Source of the DNA: Chiloscyllium plagiosum
Taxonomy: Eukaryota
Length of the DNA: 64,000 nt
Direction of reading: 5' to 3'
Assembly: GCF_004010195.1 (NCBI RefSeq)
Contig: NC_057749.1
Coordinates: 7,523,416-7,587,415 of the forward strand
Of this stretch, positions 1-13,166 are shown one piece after another. The position numbers and the translations under genes were made by a program. How positions within the stretch are numbered: the stretch's first letter is position 1; each line of letters opens with the position of its first letter. Below the pieces are notes generated by a model. That model ran no database searches. It was given only the letters and a program-made list of their open reading frames with translations, and was not told the origin of the DNA.

Positions 1-627
1 CTCCCTTTCATTCACGCAAACACATAATCAATTAGCAAGTTATTGGTCTCACCTTTAATTCTTTCTTAAATCAAATGCATAGTTGACAAAAAGCAATTCA
101 AAACCAAGTGACAATTAGCCACGATTAATAACAGGTGCAGTCTTGTTCTGGCCAGCAAATTAAAGTCAAAGTGCAGTTAATCTTAAAATAACTTCTTCTC
201 AGGGAGCATAAGCAAAGGCTTTGCCATGGCAAGGTTGCCAAATTCAGTCACTGTCGGAGCTCCATAGTAATCTAATGGGCTTGACGTCATGCACTTTCCT
301 TCCAGAAGAGTTGTGATGGGAGAATTGGACAGCAGCAGATTAAAGCTGTGTTCAGTCGCTGAAAGAGTAGGTTTATCTGTCTCCTGAGGTGGTCCCTAAG
401 CTTTGAATCCATTCTCCACACCTGCTACCCTGTGCCCATCCCCCATACCACCTGCTCCAGGTTTCTATGTGGCAGCTTCATTGTAGGCAGGACTGCCTCA
501 GGTACTGGTCCTTGTGAAGAAAAGGTCAACGTGACCAGCAGAAACCAGGAAAGGGCTTCACTCAGAAAATATACTTAATTATGCCTCACAGGTAGGTGAA
601 GGCTTTGTTATTCTAGAAGCTAAAAGG

Positions 628-1245
628 CTTGCATTTGTATGGCGTCCTTTCCCTACCATAGGTCACTTTAAAGTACTTCACAACTGAAGAAACATCCCTT
701 GCAGAATAATCCCTGTTGCACGCAAAATCGGTAGCTAATTTGTACACAGCAGGATCCCAGACACAGTAAGTGCGACAAGAATGGATTATCTATTTTAAGG
801 ATTTTAAGGAGTACACATTAATTTGAATGTCTGAAGATAGCACCCCTTTTCTTCTGCTGATATAGAGCCCTAGTATGTGTTATGGCCAGTTGAGAATGGA
901 ATTAACTGTCAGAGGAAGTGGTGGAGGCTGGTACAATTACAACATTGAAAAGGCATCTGGATGGATACATGAACAGTAAGTGTTCAGAGGGAGATGGGCC
1001 AAATGCTGGCAAATGGGACTAGATCAACATGGACAAGTTAGACAGAAGGGTCTGTTTTTGTGTTGTACATCTCTATGACTCTATGAGAGACAGCTGACAT
1101 GGCCTTGAATGTAAAGCCTTATGGGAGAATAGTTCTTCTGTCAGTACAGCACTCCCCCCACTGCAGTGCCAGCCAAATCTTAAAATCTCTGGAGTGGGAC
1201 ATGAATCAATGATTTTATGTCTCAAAGGCAAAAGAGCTACTGGCA
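628..1245 (-). mobile_element. Old Deu-domain-like SINE (SacSINE1/AmnSINE-related), split by a CR1 tail
   Basis: L2-like tail ttgcattt.tat.gcg.cttt, body cacagca.gatccca, head ctctggagtgggac.tgaa. Related fragments at 1840-1990, 4400-4600, 12660-12760 plus 13070-13160, and 41030-41220. Family name from recall, not from an alignment. Confidence 0.5.
896..1086 (+). mobile_element. CR1 LINE 3' tail nested in an older SINE
   Basis: gaggaagtggtggaggctggtacaattacaac...tctctatgactctatga. Confidence 0.85.
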
Positions 1246-1509
1246 ACAGGATTCAACATCCCTTACACATTAAAGAGCTTTTTGCTTTCTATTCAAAGGT
1301 GGTGAGTATCATTTTTCTTCCAATGCTTCTGCAAAGCATCTTTCAACATAAAATTTAGCACAGTATTGGAACTCTGCAAAGGTACATAGTTACATATGAC
1401 ATGTACTGTGTTAAGCATCTGTGATACCTTTGCATTGCAATGATGCAATGGAGTAGGGCACGTAGAAACATTAACGTGTCACCAAGAAGCTCCTCTGCAC
1501 ATTATTACC

Positions 1510-1678
1510 AAAGTCAGAAATCACACGACACCAAGTTACAGTCCAACGTGGACATCACCCGACAAAGGGGCAGTGCTCCGAAAGCTTGTGAATTCAAATA
1601 AACCTGCCGGATTATTACCTGGTGTTGTGTGACCTCTGACTTTGTCCACCCCAGTCCAACACCAGCAGCTCCACATCA
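1510..1678. mobile_element. Penelope-like element, family B, degenerate
   Basis: Shares aaatcacac-acacca-gtta-agtccaac, gctccgaaagct-gtg and accccagtccaacacc with 18547-18926. Confidence 0.7.
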
Positions 1679-2189
1679 TTATTGCCAAAGGCAACAACAT
1701 GCTCAAAATAAACAGATTAGCCCCAGGAAGGAAAAAATAAAGCAAAAAAAGAACAAAGAGAGAGGCGGCGGGGGAAAATAAAAGTTCCGCTTTTATTTTC
1801 CGCAGGCAGTCAATGAGTATTTCCTTTTGAATTGTAGCAATCTTCTCATGCAAGAAACGAGCATCTAACTTGTGCACAGCAAGATCCCACAATGGGAGAG
1901 GGGTACATTACCACATTGTTCCTTTCTGATAATCCTGATGAGAGATAAAGTGTGGGTCAGGATACGTTCCCTGGTCTTCTTGCACTGAGAGAGATCCCCT
2001 GTGGCCACTTTAGGAAGCAGGAAAGGTCTGGTCACAAAGCTCAAGAGGTTTTTAAGTCTTAAATGATTATACAAAATAGGCAGGGGGAGAAACTGCAGCC
2101 AGATTCACATTTCCTTCAAATTTCCGCTGCAGTCAATTTAATCTCTCATGAAAATCAGGCAGTATGTCGGTCTGAAGTAATTGTTGTGG

Positions 2190-2756
2190 CCGTACAGGAT
2201 ATTGGTAAGGCCACTTTTGGAATATTGTGTCCAATTCTGGCTTCCTTCCTATTGGAAGGATATTGTGAAACTTGAAAGGGTTCAGAAAAGGCTTACAAGG
2301 ATGTTTCCAAGGTTTGAGCTATAGGGAGAGGCTGAACTGGCTGGGCTGTTTTCCATGGAGTGTCAGAGGCTGAGGGATGACCTTATACAGGTTTATAAAA
2401 TCATGAGGGACATGGATAAGGTAAATAAACAATGTCTTTTCCCTGGTGTGTGGGAGTCCAGAACTAGAGGGTATAGGTTTGGGGTGAGAAGGGAAAGATC
2501 TAAAAGAAATCTAAGGGGCAACCTTACACGTAGATGGTGATATGTGTATGGAATAAGCTACCAGAGAAAATGGTAGAGGCTGATACAATTACAACATTTA
2601 AACGTCATCTGGATGGGTATATGAATAGGAAGGTTTTGGAGAGATATGGGCCAAGTGCTGGGGCAAATGGGACTAGATTAGGTTGGGATATCTGGTCGGT
2701 ATAGAAAAGTTGGACTGAAGGGTCTGTTTCCATGCTGTACATCTCTATGACTCTAT
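2190..2756 (+). mobile_element. CR1 (HER1-like) LINE 3' end
   Basis: RLRDDLIQVYKIMR.MDKVN...LFP...SRTRG.RF.VR followed by the tail gaagggtctgtttccatgctgtacatctctatgactctat. Confidence 0.88.
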
Positions 2757-2881
2757 CACCATAGAGACCATACTCCATCACCAAATCACCATTTAGTTAC
2801 ACATGAATAGTCCTTGACTTTAATACTGCCTCGTCCAGAGTCAGGTAGCAGCGTATCAGGATGTCTGAAACTCCCTTTTTT

Positions 2882-3425
2882 AGAGTCATAGAGTTGTACG
2901 ACATGGAAACAACTCCTTCGGTCCAACTCACTCATGCCAATTAGATATCCTAAATTCATCTAGTCCCATTTGCCAGCATTAGGGCTTATAGAGGTATAGG
3001 CTAAATGCTGGAAAACGGAAATAGATGAATTGAGGATATCCGATCGGTATGGACGAGTTCAACTGAAGGGTCTGCTTCCATTCTGTTCAACTCTATGATG
3101 CTAACTATTTGCTTACCTATCTGGGTGCTTTTTTGAATGTTGTAATTGTACCAGCCTCCACCTCTTCCTCTGCCAGTTCATTCTGTACATGCACCACCCT
3201 CTGCATGAAAATGTTGTCCCTTAGGTCCCTTTTATATCTTTTCCCTCTCACCTTGAACCTATGCCCTGTAATTTTGGACTCCCCTACCCTTGGGGAGTGA
3301 CCTTGGCTATTCACCCTATCCATACCCCTCATGATTTTATAAACTTCTACAAGGTCACCCCTCAGCCTCTGATGCTCAGGGAAAACAGTCCCAGCCTATT
3401 CAGCCTCTCCCTATAGCTCAAATCT
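2882..3425 (-). mobile_element. CR1 LINE 3' end containing an inverted tail segment
   Basis: Minus-strand ORF 3117-3332 (MRGMDRVN...GHRFKVRG); tail at 2882-2985; plus-orientation tail copy at 2985-3102. Confidence 0.82.
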
Positions 3426-3467
3426 TTGTGTCAGCCAGGGCTCTCTGATTGGACCAGATTGATAGCT

Positions 3468-3985
3468 AGGAGAAATGAAGACTGCAGGTGCTGGAGAGTC
3501 AGCGTCGAAAAGGGTGGCGCTGGAAAAGCACAGCAGGTCAGGCAGCATCTGTGGAGTGGGAGATGGATATTTCAGGCATAAGCCCTTCATCAGGAATGTG
3601 AGGGGGGGAAGGAGGATGAGAGATAATAAGAATGGGTGGGGCTGGAGGAAGGGAGGTGGGAAGGCAATAGGTGGATGCAGGTGGGGCAAAATTGTGGGAG
3701 GTCAGTGGGGAGAGTAGAGCGGTAATTTGGCACCGCTCTCTTGACCTGTCCTACCTGTCCATCTTCCATCCCACCTATCCACTCCATCCTCCCCACTGAC
3801 CTCCCACAATCACCCCCTATCACCTTCCCACCTGCCTTCCCCTCAGCCCCACCCATCCCTATTTATCTCTCATCCTCCTTCCCCTTCCACATTCCTGATG
3901 AAGGGCTTACACCTGAAATGTCGACACTCCTGCTCCTCAGATGCCGCCTGACCTGCTGTGCTTTTCCAGCGCCACCCTTTTTGAC
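3468..3985. mobile_element. Penelope-like element, family A, longer inverted copy
   Basis: Family A termini with G-rich and C-rich inverted internal arms; decayed ctgatgaagggc...gaaa motif at about 3895-3925. Confidence 0.75.
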
Positions 3986-4772
3986 CCAGATTAATACCCT
4001 CAATCGTGGAATGCATATTCTATGATGTCAATCACTTCCGGTCAGTCTGTCGATTCCTGAGCTCACAAAAAGAACGTTTCTACCCTTCGCTTCAAGGGTG
4101 CAGCATTTCCTCAGCATCTCTGGAGTGGGGCTTGAACCCATTTTTTCTGATAGAGCAAGGCACAACCAAGTCTAAAAATCGAGCAAAGGATCATCAAAGG
4201 TTTATCCATACAGACTGCCAGTTCTCTAAAAAAATACAGCCTCTGCTTTCTAATTGATTTATAGATGATAGATATACATACGGTAAACAGCCATAGCTTT
4301 CTGTATCCCAGTTTTTTTTCACAAATATTTTCTTTCTCTTTACACCTCGAACCCTAGGATGCAGGGTCAGATGTAAATGATCCCTCAAAACTATCCCAGA
4401 GAACATCAAGGGGCATTCTCCCTGGCATTCTGTCCCAGTTTTAACTCCTCAACATCATGAGAGCAGATTGTCTGGTCATGATTGCTTTGCGGGAGCTTGC
4501 TGTGCACTACCTGGCAGTGCTTATCACCACGTGGCAGTGCCTTCACTTCAAAGCTGCGTCACTGGCTGTAATATGGCGCTATATAAAGGCACATCTTTCT
4601 TTTCCTTCCTTCTGCCTCAGTTACCAGATCATACCCAGGCTGTCTGCTGAGACTCCATGCACACCAGTCACAAATGCATCCAATTTTGTTCCTCTGGTTT
4701 ATTTACACATTGTAATATTTATGGGTTTCATTGCTCCTGGCTCTGCTGTGCAGTGTTTGGCCTGAGAAAGTA

Positions 4773-4988
4773 CAGGTCGCTCTACTATAACGCACGTTTC
4801 GTTAATGCAAATTCGCTGTAACACGATTGACGAACTGGGGACACTATTTCTAAAGCGCAAACTTTTAAAGTGTATCTTATAACGTGGGTTCTGGCCCCAT
4901 TCGTTTAAATGGTGCTGCTGTAACATAATTTTCTCATAACATAAGGTTGCATGAGAACAGAATGACTGCGTTATAGCAGAACCGACTG
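4773..4988. mobile_element. Tigger/pogo-like MITE (Tc1-mariner superfamily)
   Basis: Imperfect TIRs caggtcgctctactataacgca / tgcgttatagcagaaccgactg with TA on both sides (4771-4772 and 4989-4990). Confidence 0.8.
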
Positions 4989-5247
4989 TACTCTGCATTC
5001 AGAGACTGCTGTTAGATATAATGTGCAAAATTAAATCTATTTGGTCAGTACTTTCAATGGTCAGATTACATGGCTTGTTCTTCCCATGCTCGAAATGTGT
5101 CGTTTGCAACGCTCTTTCTTCTCACTAAAGTTCTCAACTAAAGTTAATCTTCTACACCAAAGTATAGTTTTCCAGGAATTTATCAACTGGAATCCTTCCC
5201 CACGTTTTGTTAATGATATACCTTGTAAAGCCCAACCAATGTTTATA

Positions 5248-5545
5248 AGAGTCATAGAATCATACCTCATGGACATAGACCCTTCGGTCCAACACATCAA
5301 TGCTGAACATAATCCCAAACTAAACTAGTCCCACATGCCTGCTCCTGGCCCATTTCTCTCCAAACCTTTCCTATTCATGTATTTATCCAAATGTCTTTTA
5401 AACATTGTGATTATGCCCACATCCACCACTTCCTCAGGAAGTTCTTTCCCTAAGCAACCCACTCTCTGTGTAAAAAATTTGCCTCTCATGCCTTTTTAAA
5501 ATCTCTCTCCTCTGGCCTTAAAAATTGTACGTCCTAGTCTTGATG
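5248..5545 (-). mobile_element. CR1 LINE 3' end
   Basis: Reverse complement of the CR1 tail. Confidence 0.8.
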
Positions 5546-5874
5546 ATCTCCTTCAATTTCTAACTTATTCTTTTCATCTTAGATGGATCTACTAGAAGAG
5601 CAATCAATGTGCTAGTTGCTAGATCAATCAATATATTGGTTGGATAGATTGCTCGATCAATACCAGGTCAATAGAAATTCTAGATAGATCGAGGCAAAAG
5701 GTGCATTTCGAGGTCTTCAGATTTTATTGTTAAACTGATAATTTTAAGTAATTCTGTTAAAACAATCTCTCAAAGGATTGTTTTTATTGCCAATTGTTGA
5801 ATTGTACAGCTCTGAATCAATAACTGAGTTAACACTTATGGATCTCTAAATGGCAGCTTGTAAGAAACTATTTG

Positions 5875-5990
5875 AGGCCTCAGTGGTGCAGTGGTAACAT
5901 CCCAATCCCTGGACTGGGAGGTCCGGATTCAAGCCCCACCTTCTCCAGAGGTGTGTAAACACATCGCTGAGCAGGTTGATTCCAAAAATA
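5875..5990 (+). mobile_element. Short tRNA-like SINE (third family)
   Basis: gtggtgcagtggta...ccct....ctg...ggattcaagccccacc..ctccagaggtgtgt. Relatives at 12490-12580 (-), 15205-15275 (+), 18318-18425 (-), 23030-23130 (+), 33255-33365 (-), 63225-63300 (-) and 63350-63425 (-). Confidence 0.65.
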
Positions 5991-6019
5991 GGTTTAACAA
6001 ATCTTACAATGAACTAAAG

Positions 6020-6503
6020 CAGGAGGTCCTCAGGTAACAAGTGGATTCCATTCCTGAGCACATTTGTAAGTTGATTCATATGCAAATCAGAACACAATAC
6101 AGTATGACATAAAATATTCAGTACCAAATAACAGAAATTGCTGGAAAAACTCAGCAGGTCTGGCAGCATCTGTGGACTATGTAATCAAAGTTAATGTTTT
6201 GGGTCTAATGACTTCTTCAGAACTGAAGAAGGTGACTGTTCTAAAGGAGGGTCACTGGTCTCGAAATGTTAACTCTGATTTCTCTCCACAGATGCTGCCA
6301 GACCTGCTGAGCTCTTCCAGCAGCTTCTGTTTTTGTTTCTGATTTACAGCATCTGCAGCTCTTTCAGTTTTTATAAAATATTTGGTTGCAAGAATGTGTG
6401 AACATTCACATGGTGGATCCTTAAAATGAATGGTAATATGAGATTTTGTTCGTAAGTATAAGAATTTGCAAGTCAAATGTTTGTAAATCCGAGATCCCCT
6501 GTA
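6020..6503. mobile_element. Possible Tigger-like MITE split by a family C insertion
   Basis: Ends caggaggtcctcaggtaacaa / tttgtaaatccgagatcccctg-ta. Confidence 0.45.
6124..6372. mobile_element. Penelope-like palindromic element, family C
   Basis: Inverted arms acagaaattgctggaaaaactcagcaggtctggcagcatctgtgga / tccacagatgctgccagacctgctgag. Related pieces at 6523-6628, 7190-7312, 12355-12452 and 60380-60497. Confidence 0.7.
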
Positions 6504-7405
6504 CAAAAACTCAAAACTTCAGAAATAACAACAGAAAATGCTGGAGAAAATCGACAGCAAATGTGGAGAGAGAAACAGTGTTTCTGTTTCAAGTCTGATA
6601 TGATTTAACTTCAGCATTCTGAAGAGTCATAGATCATAGAATTATAGAAACCCTACAATGTGGAAACAGGGCATTCAGCCCTACAAGTCCACACTGACCA
6701 TCTGAAGAGTAACCCACCCAGACCCATTCCTCTACCCTAGTACTCTACACTTACCCTGACTAATGCACAGAACCTGCACATCTCTGAACACTGTGGTCAA
6801 TTTAGCATGAGATAGGGGCAGTGTCACCGTATGCTGTCCAGGGATAGCAATGAGAACATCACATCACGATACCCAGCATATCTGCAATGGAACATTTTCT
6901 TCCAATGGGGCCACCGAGGTAAATAGGATTGCCCTCCACATCAGGTTTTCATGCAAGTCATGTCTGGGACTTTGTGCAAATACCATGCAGATAGAAGATG
7001 CCAATTGATTCTAAGAATTTCTGCTCCAGATAACTGGCTAAGCTAGAAGCTAGGCCGTGAGGATCCACGACAGCCACCGCACCATATCAACTAAGAACAG
7101 GAGGGTGTTTTTCAGACAGAACAGCATCCTCAGCACCGTGCAGTGCAACAGTTCAAGCAAAGTAATGCAGACAGGACCTCTTTGTGAGTCATGGCAAACA
7201 CAAAACATTAACTCTGTTTCTCTCTCTACAGATACTGCCAGACCTGCCGAGTTTCTCCAGTACTTTGTTTTTATTTCAGATTGCCGGTATCCACAGAGTT
7301 TTGTTTTTATTCAAAACTTCAGCGTAGGTTTACGGAAACTGAGGTGAGTCAACAAAAGCCTCAGAGTAGAATTGTAGTCACTGCACTGACGGTCAATGTC
7401 TGGGG

Positions 7406-7602
7406 GGAAGTGAGTACTGCTGATGCTGGAGATCAGCGTCAGGATTAGAGTGGTGCTGAAAAAGCACAGCAGGCCAGGCAGCGTCCGAGGAGCAGGAAAA
7501 TCAATGTTGCCTGATGAAGGGCTTCTGCCCGAAATGCCGATTTTCCTGCTCCTTGGATGCTGCCTGGCCTGCTGTGCTTTTCCAGCACCACTCTAATCTT
7601 GA
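7406..7602. mobile_element. Penelope-like short palindromic element, family A
   Basis: Inverted arms, core ctgatgaagggcttctgcccgaaa, 13-bp target duplication gtcaatgtctggg (7392-7404 and 7603-7615). Confidence 0.8.
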
Positions 7603-7936
7603 GTCAATGTCTGGGTCCTAATGTCTGATTGATTTAAAACCTCTGACATGATGCAGTGCCGTGTAGCCCATGAGTCAACTCATCATGAATAGTTCAGTAT
7701 ATTGGGGAACACTGCCTCCAATCCCAGCCTTGGTTGCTGCTGAGATGGCTCCCACTGGAATGATGATGGCCTCGTGGTGATATCACAAGGCTACTAATTC
7801 ATAGACCCAGCTAATGTTCTGGGGTCATCCAAATCATTTGTTTTTGATCTGGCTTGATGGACAAATATTGGCCAGGACACCAGGGAGAAATCCCCTTCCT
7901 TTCTTCAAGGGATTGTCATTGGCTCTTCCAGAGCCA

Positions 7937-8250
7937 AGGGGAGGTGATGGTCTTGTGCTATTATCACTAGACTATTAATCCAGAGGACCTGGGTTCAAAT
8001 CCTGCCATGACAAATGGTGGAATTCAAATTCATTAAAAATCCAGAGTTACTATTTTAACCATGATCACAAAATTGTTGGAAAAACCCATCTGGTTCACTA
8101 ATATCCTTTAAGGAAGGAAACTGCCATCCTTACCTGGTCTGGCCTACATGTGACTCCAGACTCACAGCAATGTGGTTGGCTCTCAACTGCCCTCTGGGCA
8201 ATTAGGGGATGGGACGGTGACATCCACGTCCCTTGAATGAATTTTAAAAA
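7937..8250 (+). mobile_element. Second SINE family copy
   Basis: Homologous to 53997-54350. Confidence 0.75.
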
Positions 8251-9339
8251 AGCTGATCTCAGCCAGTGAGGGAAATGCAAATCTTTGCTGGAAGTGATGC
8301 TCCAGATCTATTCAGCACTTGCATTTCATTTCTTCCATCCTCTCCATTGAAAAACATGTGTACTTAGAGTTGGCACACTGGAGATAGTCTTTGATGCAGA
8401 ACAGGATTAAGAGAGTAGGGATAAAAATAACACAAAAATAGAAAAGAGGATGGATCTGACACAAAAGCAAAACCAACAGAGCTGGGAAAGAAGCAGCCAG
8501 AATTAATTGTGTAAAGACAGATTTGAAAATATTGCCCTGAATGGGTGGCAGGAATCTTTTTTTTAACTTCACAGAAATACATCATTGCACAATATACCAG
8601 CAAATTCAGTGAGAGGAGGTACCTCAGAGATGCATCTCGACAATGTAAAAATAAAGGAGTTCAGATCTAGTAAAGACAGATGTACATTTCATCAAAGGAA
8701 ATCCCAAAACTGAATTACTTACGACTAACTTTTCAAATTTTAACAAGCGATGCTGAGGCTCATTGAAATTGTAGTGTTCAAACGATTCAAAACCTCAACT
8801 GCACATTTATTGTCAAACCTACACTCCCCTGCTTCTCAGTGGAATACCCTATCAGATTAAATCTCAGATCCTCGTGTATATTTTTAAAAAAACAGGAAAT
8901 TCAGCCAAGAGCACGTCATATTGATTCAAAATTTGGAACCTTTGAAGACCAGGCTTTTATTAATTATGAAGATTTTAACATTTTCATTTTAAAGCCAAAT
9001 AAAGCTAGAGACATTACTAAGCTTAAATGAGGCAGCTGAGATGAATTGAGTTAAAATTGATTGATGACAGTACCTAGCTTAAAACATACTAGGATGCATG
9101 ATCAAAGGACTATAGAGAGAGACGAAGAGTACGACATTGCTAAGGATTTGTAGCGAGGAGTTTGAATTGGACACAATGCCAACAGACCCAATATTAACAG
9201 TGAGGATGCAGAAAAAGGAAGAACTTTATTTTTTCCTCATTTTTAATCTTAGAAAGGTGCCGTGTCAAATGAAAGCTGTTCAATAACATTACTGAAGGTT
9301 TGTTTTGAAAAGTTTATTCAGAAGGTACAGTTAGGAATG

Positions 9340-10320
9340 GAGAGAATCCAAAGCATGTACAGGGGAAGAGAAAGCAGGCACAGGAGGAGACAAAGAGACA
9401 CAAAGAAAGAGAGAGAGAGAGAGACAGACAGACAGAGTAGGCATAGAGACAGAGAGATTGAGAGAAGACATAGGGTGAAAGAAAGAGGTGGAAGAAAGAG
9501 AGAGAGAGGAGAGGAGGGAGGAGGGTAGAGAGCAAGAGAAAACGGAGAGAGAGGANNNNNNNNNNNNNNNNNNNNNNNNNNNNNNNNNNNNNNNNNNNNN
9601 NNNNNNNNNNNNNNNNNNNNNNNNNNNNNNNNNNNNNNNNNNNNNNNNNNNNNNNNNNNNNNNNNNNNNNNNNNNNNNNNNNNNNNNNNNNNNNNNNNNN
9701 NNNNNNNNNNNNNNNNNNNNNNNNNNNNNNNNNNNNNNNNNNNNNNNNNNNNNNNNNNNNNNNNNNNNNNNNNNNNNNNNNNNNNNNNNNNNNNNNNNNN
9801 NNNNNNNNNNNNNNNNNNNNNNNNNNNNNNNNNNNNNNNNNNNNNNNNNNNNNNNNNNNNNNNNNNNNNNNNNNNNNNNNNNNNNNNNNNNNNNNNNNNN
9901 NNNNNNNNNNNNNNNNNNNNNNNNNNNNNNNNNNNNNNTGGGGGGGGAACAGAAAGAGAAAACATGTGGGGAGAGAGAGAGTGAGAAAACTTGTGGGGAG
10001 AGAGAGAACATGTTGGGGGAGAGAGAGAAAGAGCATATACAGGAAGAGGGCAAGACAGCAAGAGAGACACTGCGCATGGAAAGAGAGAGAGAGCACATGC
10101 AACGAGAGAGAGAGATCGTGTGGGAAGAGGCAGGGAGAGAGAAAGCACACATGGGTAAGGAGAGAAAAATGGAGAAAAAGAAGTGAGAAAAGGGTAGATT
10201 AAAAAAAGAGAATAGAACATGAGACAAGGAGAGAGAGACAAAATAAAAGGCAAGAGAAAAAGAGACAGGAAAGAGAGAGAAAGGGAAAGCAAGAGAAAGA
10301 TATTGGAGACAAGAGAAAAC
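9340..10320. repeat. GA-rich low-complexity (polypurine) tract spanning the gap
   Basis: Degenerate (GA)n; similar tracts at 19370-19800, 30400-30650 and 40520-40740. Confidence 0.9.
9556..9938. other. Assembly gap
   Basis: Run of N flanked by GA-rich low-complexity sequence. Confidence 1.
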
Positions 10321-11261
10321 TTACCTGTCAGATACATTTATAGGAGCATTCAGTCATTGAGGAGAAAATTACTATTTGGCACGAAAAGGAGAGTCAGGCT
10401 TGCTGCAGGCAGCTTTAGAGATTGAGATCAACTCGGATCACAGGAAAAAGTGAGGCCAAGGATTTCAATAACTGAAGTCACGTTTGTGGTTAACTTGCTT
10501 TAAGGGTTTAATAAGTGAATTCTCCCTTGAGGGGAAGCCCAGAAAGTCAATCACTCTGACCAAGGAAGGTTGAGATGAAACCCTGTCCTTGTGTATGTCT
10601 CTTTTACCCAATCATTTCCTCATTTTTTTTGTCTTTAATAAATACATTTTTCAGGCAATTCCTTGAAAGTTCAAACTTTACATGCCCAACTTTCGCTGTT
10701 AAGCTTTTCTAATAGACTTTGCTAAGCGATTTTTGCTTGTGTGGTATTACGAGTTTAAAAATTAATTTTAATTAATATTTCCAGTATATGCTATTCATCA
10801 TGTAGTTACTGAATTTCAGCAAATATGGCACAGATCCATATAGACTAGAAAGGTCTCAGGTGGATTGCCTGATATGCTCAGTTAGCTGGGGTGGCACTTG
10901 GAGAGTTATAATTAGCCTGAATGGCTCTGGGATGTAGATAGGGTTACCAACCCTCTAGCGTTGTCTTAGAGTCTCTGAGAATTAAAAGATTAATCACCAG
11001 GACATTGCTATGAGCAGCCCAGGAGAAAAATCACAGAGAGAATAAATGTTCCTATTTCCTTTGAACATTCATTAACTGTAAAAATATTGAAGATGAAACA
11101 AAAAGGCTGGTTGGGTTTGAATTGTGAACACCATTCAGTCAGCTAATTAAGAGCCTGTTTGTTTTCCATGGGGCTGCAAATATGTACCCATTAAGCAACC
11201 AATAGTAGAAACCAGGATTGTTGAATGTAGCGCAATCAGTTCACGCCTCTGGGAATACCTC

Positions 11262-11680
11262 CAAAAGGTTAACGGGCAGGGGTTGAGTAGGTTGGATCTA
11301 CACTCGTTGAGCTTCGAAGAATGAAAGGCGACCTTATTGAAAAATACAAGATTCTTAGGGTTGTTTCCCCTTGCGAGTGAACCTAAGGCCCGAGGGCATA
11401 ATCTCAGAGTGAGAAGCTGCCTATTTAAGACAGAGATGAGGAGGAAATTTTTCCCTCAGTGCGTAATAAATCTGGAATTCTTTGCTGCAGTGGGCTGTCG
11501 AGGCTGGTCTGTTAAATATATTCAAGGCTGAAAAAGGCAGATTTTTAATCAGTATCAAGGGTTACAGGGAAAGGCCAAAGGAAGTGGAGTTGAGGATTAT
11601 CATGTCTCAATCTCACTCAATAGCATAGCAGGCTCATTGGACTGATTGGTCCATTCCATTCCGAGATCTTTTGGTCTAAC
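11262..11680 (+). mobile_element. CR1 LINE 3' end (different subfamily)
   Basis: RGHNLRVR...FKTEMRRKFF.Q.V.NL. Confidence 0.75.
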
Positions 11681-12763
11681 CCTTGCCAGAATCTTTAGGC
11701 ATGTATAATGTTCAAGTGTTCAATTTTTAATTCTGCAAGACCGTTGCCTATTAATGCTTATTTGGCGAAGCCTATGTGTGCACTGTAAAAATCCAGCGAT
11801 GAAGCATAGAGCAGACATTTCAAAGCATTGTAAATTATATTCCTGTAAGTGCACAAACTAGAATCATTTCCTGAACCTGAAATATAAAGTGTATAATGTT
11901 ATGGATCTGAAGATTCAACCAGAGAGTGCCCACTTCAAATTGCTACCTCCCAGAACCTGTATTGAGTGAAAATAAAAGGTTAAGCCAGAAGATGATAACC
12001 CTCCATCAAGTCCTTCACTTTGGGCAGCTAACAGGGCCAGTCAAAAGATCACAGTCCAGGCGAGATCAAAATCTTCAGGAGTTCCCTCCGTTCAATGGGA
12101 GGTCCAACATACAATCTCAGCCGTGGTACTGCATGGCATGGGCCAGCAACCAAATTCCTCATGCCATTACAGCTGGAGTGGGCAACTGTACCCTGAGCTG
12201 TTGGCGCCAATCAGATTCATCATCCAGCCATTGAGAAAACTGGCCCACTCAAACAGATCAGTCTACTATAGCAAAATGCTCCTTTTACATTTATCTTGAA
12301 CTAAAAGTTCCAATGTTCTGTCCTTCACACAGCAAGCCAGGCACTTCTCCCCCATGAGAGAAAAGTTCACTGGACTCCAAACTTTAACTCTACTTTCTCT
12401 CCACAGATACTGCCAGACCTGCTGGGTTTCTCCAGCTCTCTCTGCTTTTGTTATTGACGTGCATGGGAATGGACCTGCAGGTTGATAATTTTGGCCGTAT
12501 TTGGAGTCCTAGAGTGGGATTTAATCCCTGAGCTCTCAGCTCAGAGGCAAAGGGGTGGTACCCACTGCACCACAAAACCTTTCCATCAGAAGGAGCACAA
12601 AAGAGAATCATACTACAAATTTAAAAAAAAAAACACTTAAAAACTTTCATTTCCATAGCTCCCCAATGTGATTTTCAGTCCGGGACAGACTTCTGAATTT
12701 CATTCACTGTTGTGAGGAACTAACTTGGACATAGCAATCTCACACAAACAGTAATACAATGAT

Positions 12764-13064
12764 GGGAGGCACGGTGGCACAATGGTTAGCACTGCTGCCT
12801 CACAATGCCAGAGACCTGGGTTCAATTCCCACCTCCCCACTGTGTGGAGTTTGCACATTCTCTCCGTGTCTGTGTGGGTTTCCTCCGGGTGCTCTAGTTT
12901 CCTCCCACAGTCCAACAATGTGCAGGTTAGGTGAATTGGCCGTGTTAAATTGCCTGTAGTGTTAGGTGTAGGGGAATGGATCTGGGTGGGTTGCACTTCG
13001 GAGGGTCAGTGTGGACTAGTTGGGCCGAAGGGCCTATTTCCACGCTGTAAGTAATCCAATCTAA
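12764..13064 (+). mobile_element. HE1-type V-SINE (tRNA-derived)
   Basis: A box (ggtggcacaatggttag), B box (gggttcaattcc), V-domain (tgtgtggagtttgcacattctc...tcctcccacagtcc) and a CR1-like tail. Confidence 0.88.
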
Positions 13065-13166
13065 TTTATTTTTGATCTTGGTTGAGGGACAAATATTAGT
13101 CAAGATGCCAGGGAGAAGTCCACCTACCCAACTTCAAGAGAGTGCTGTTGGCTCTTCAGAATACAA

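Noticed and set aside
9262..10425. Long ORFs across the first gap (and 19327-19878 across the second)
   Set aside because: Artefacts of N runs and GA/CT low complexity.
12764..12835. tRNA-like sequences here and at other SINE heads
   Set aside because: They continue into SINE bodies and do not form complete cloverleaves; not tRNA genes.
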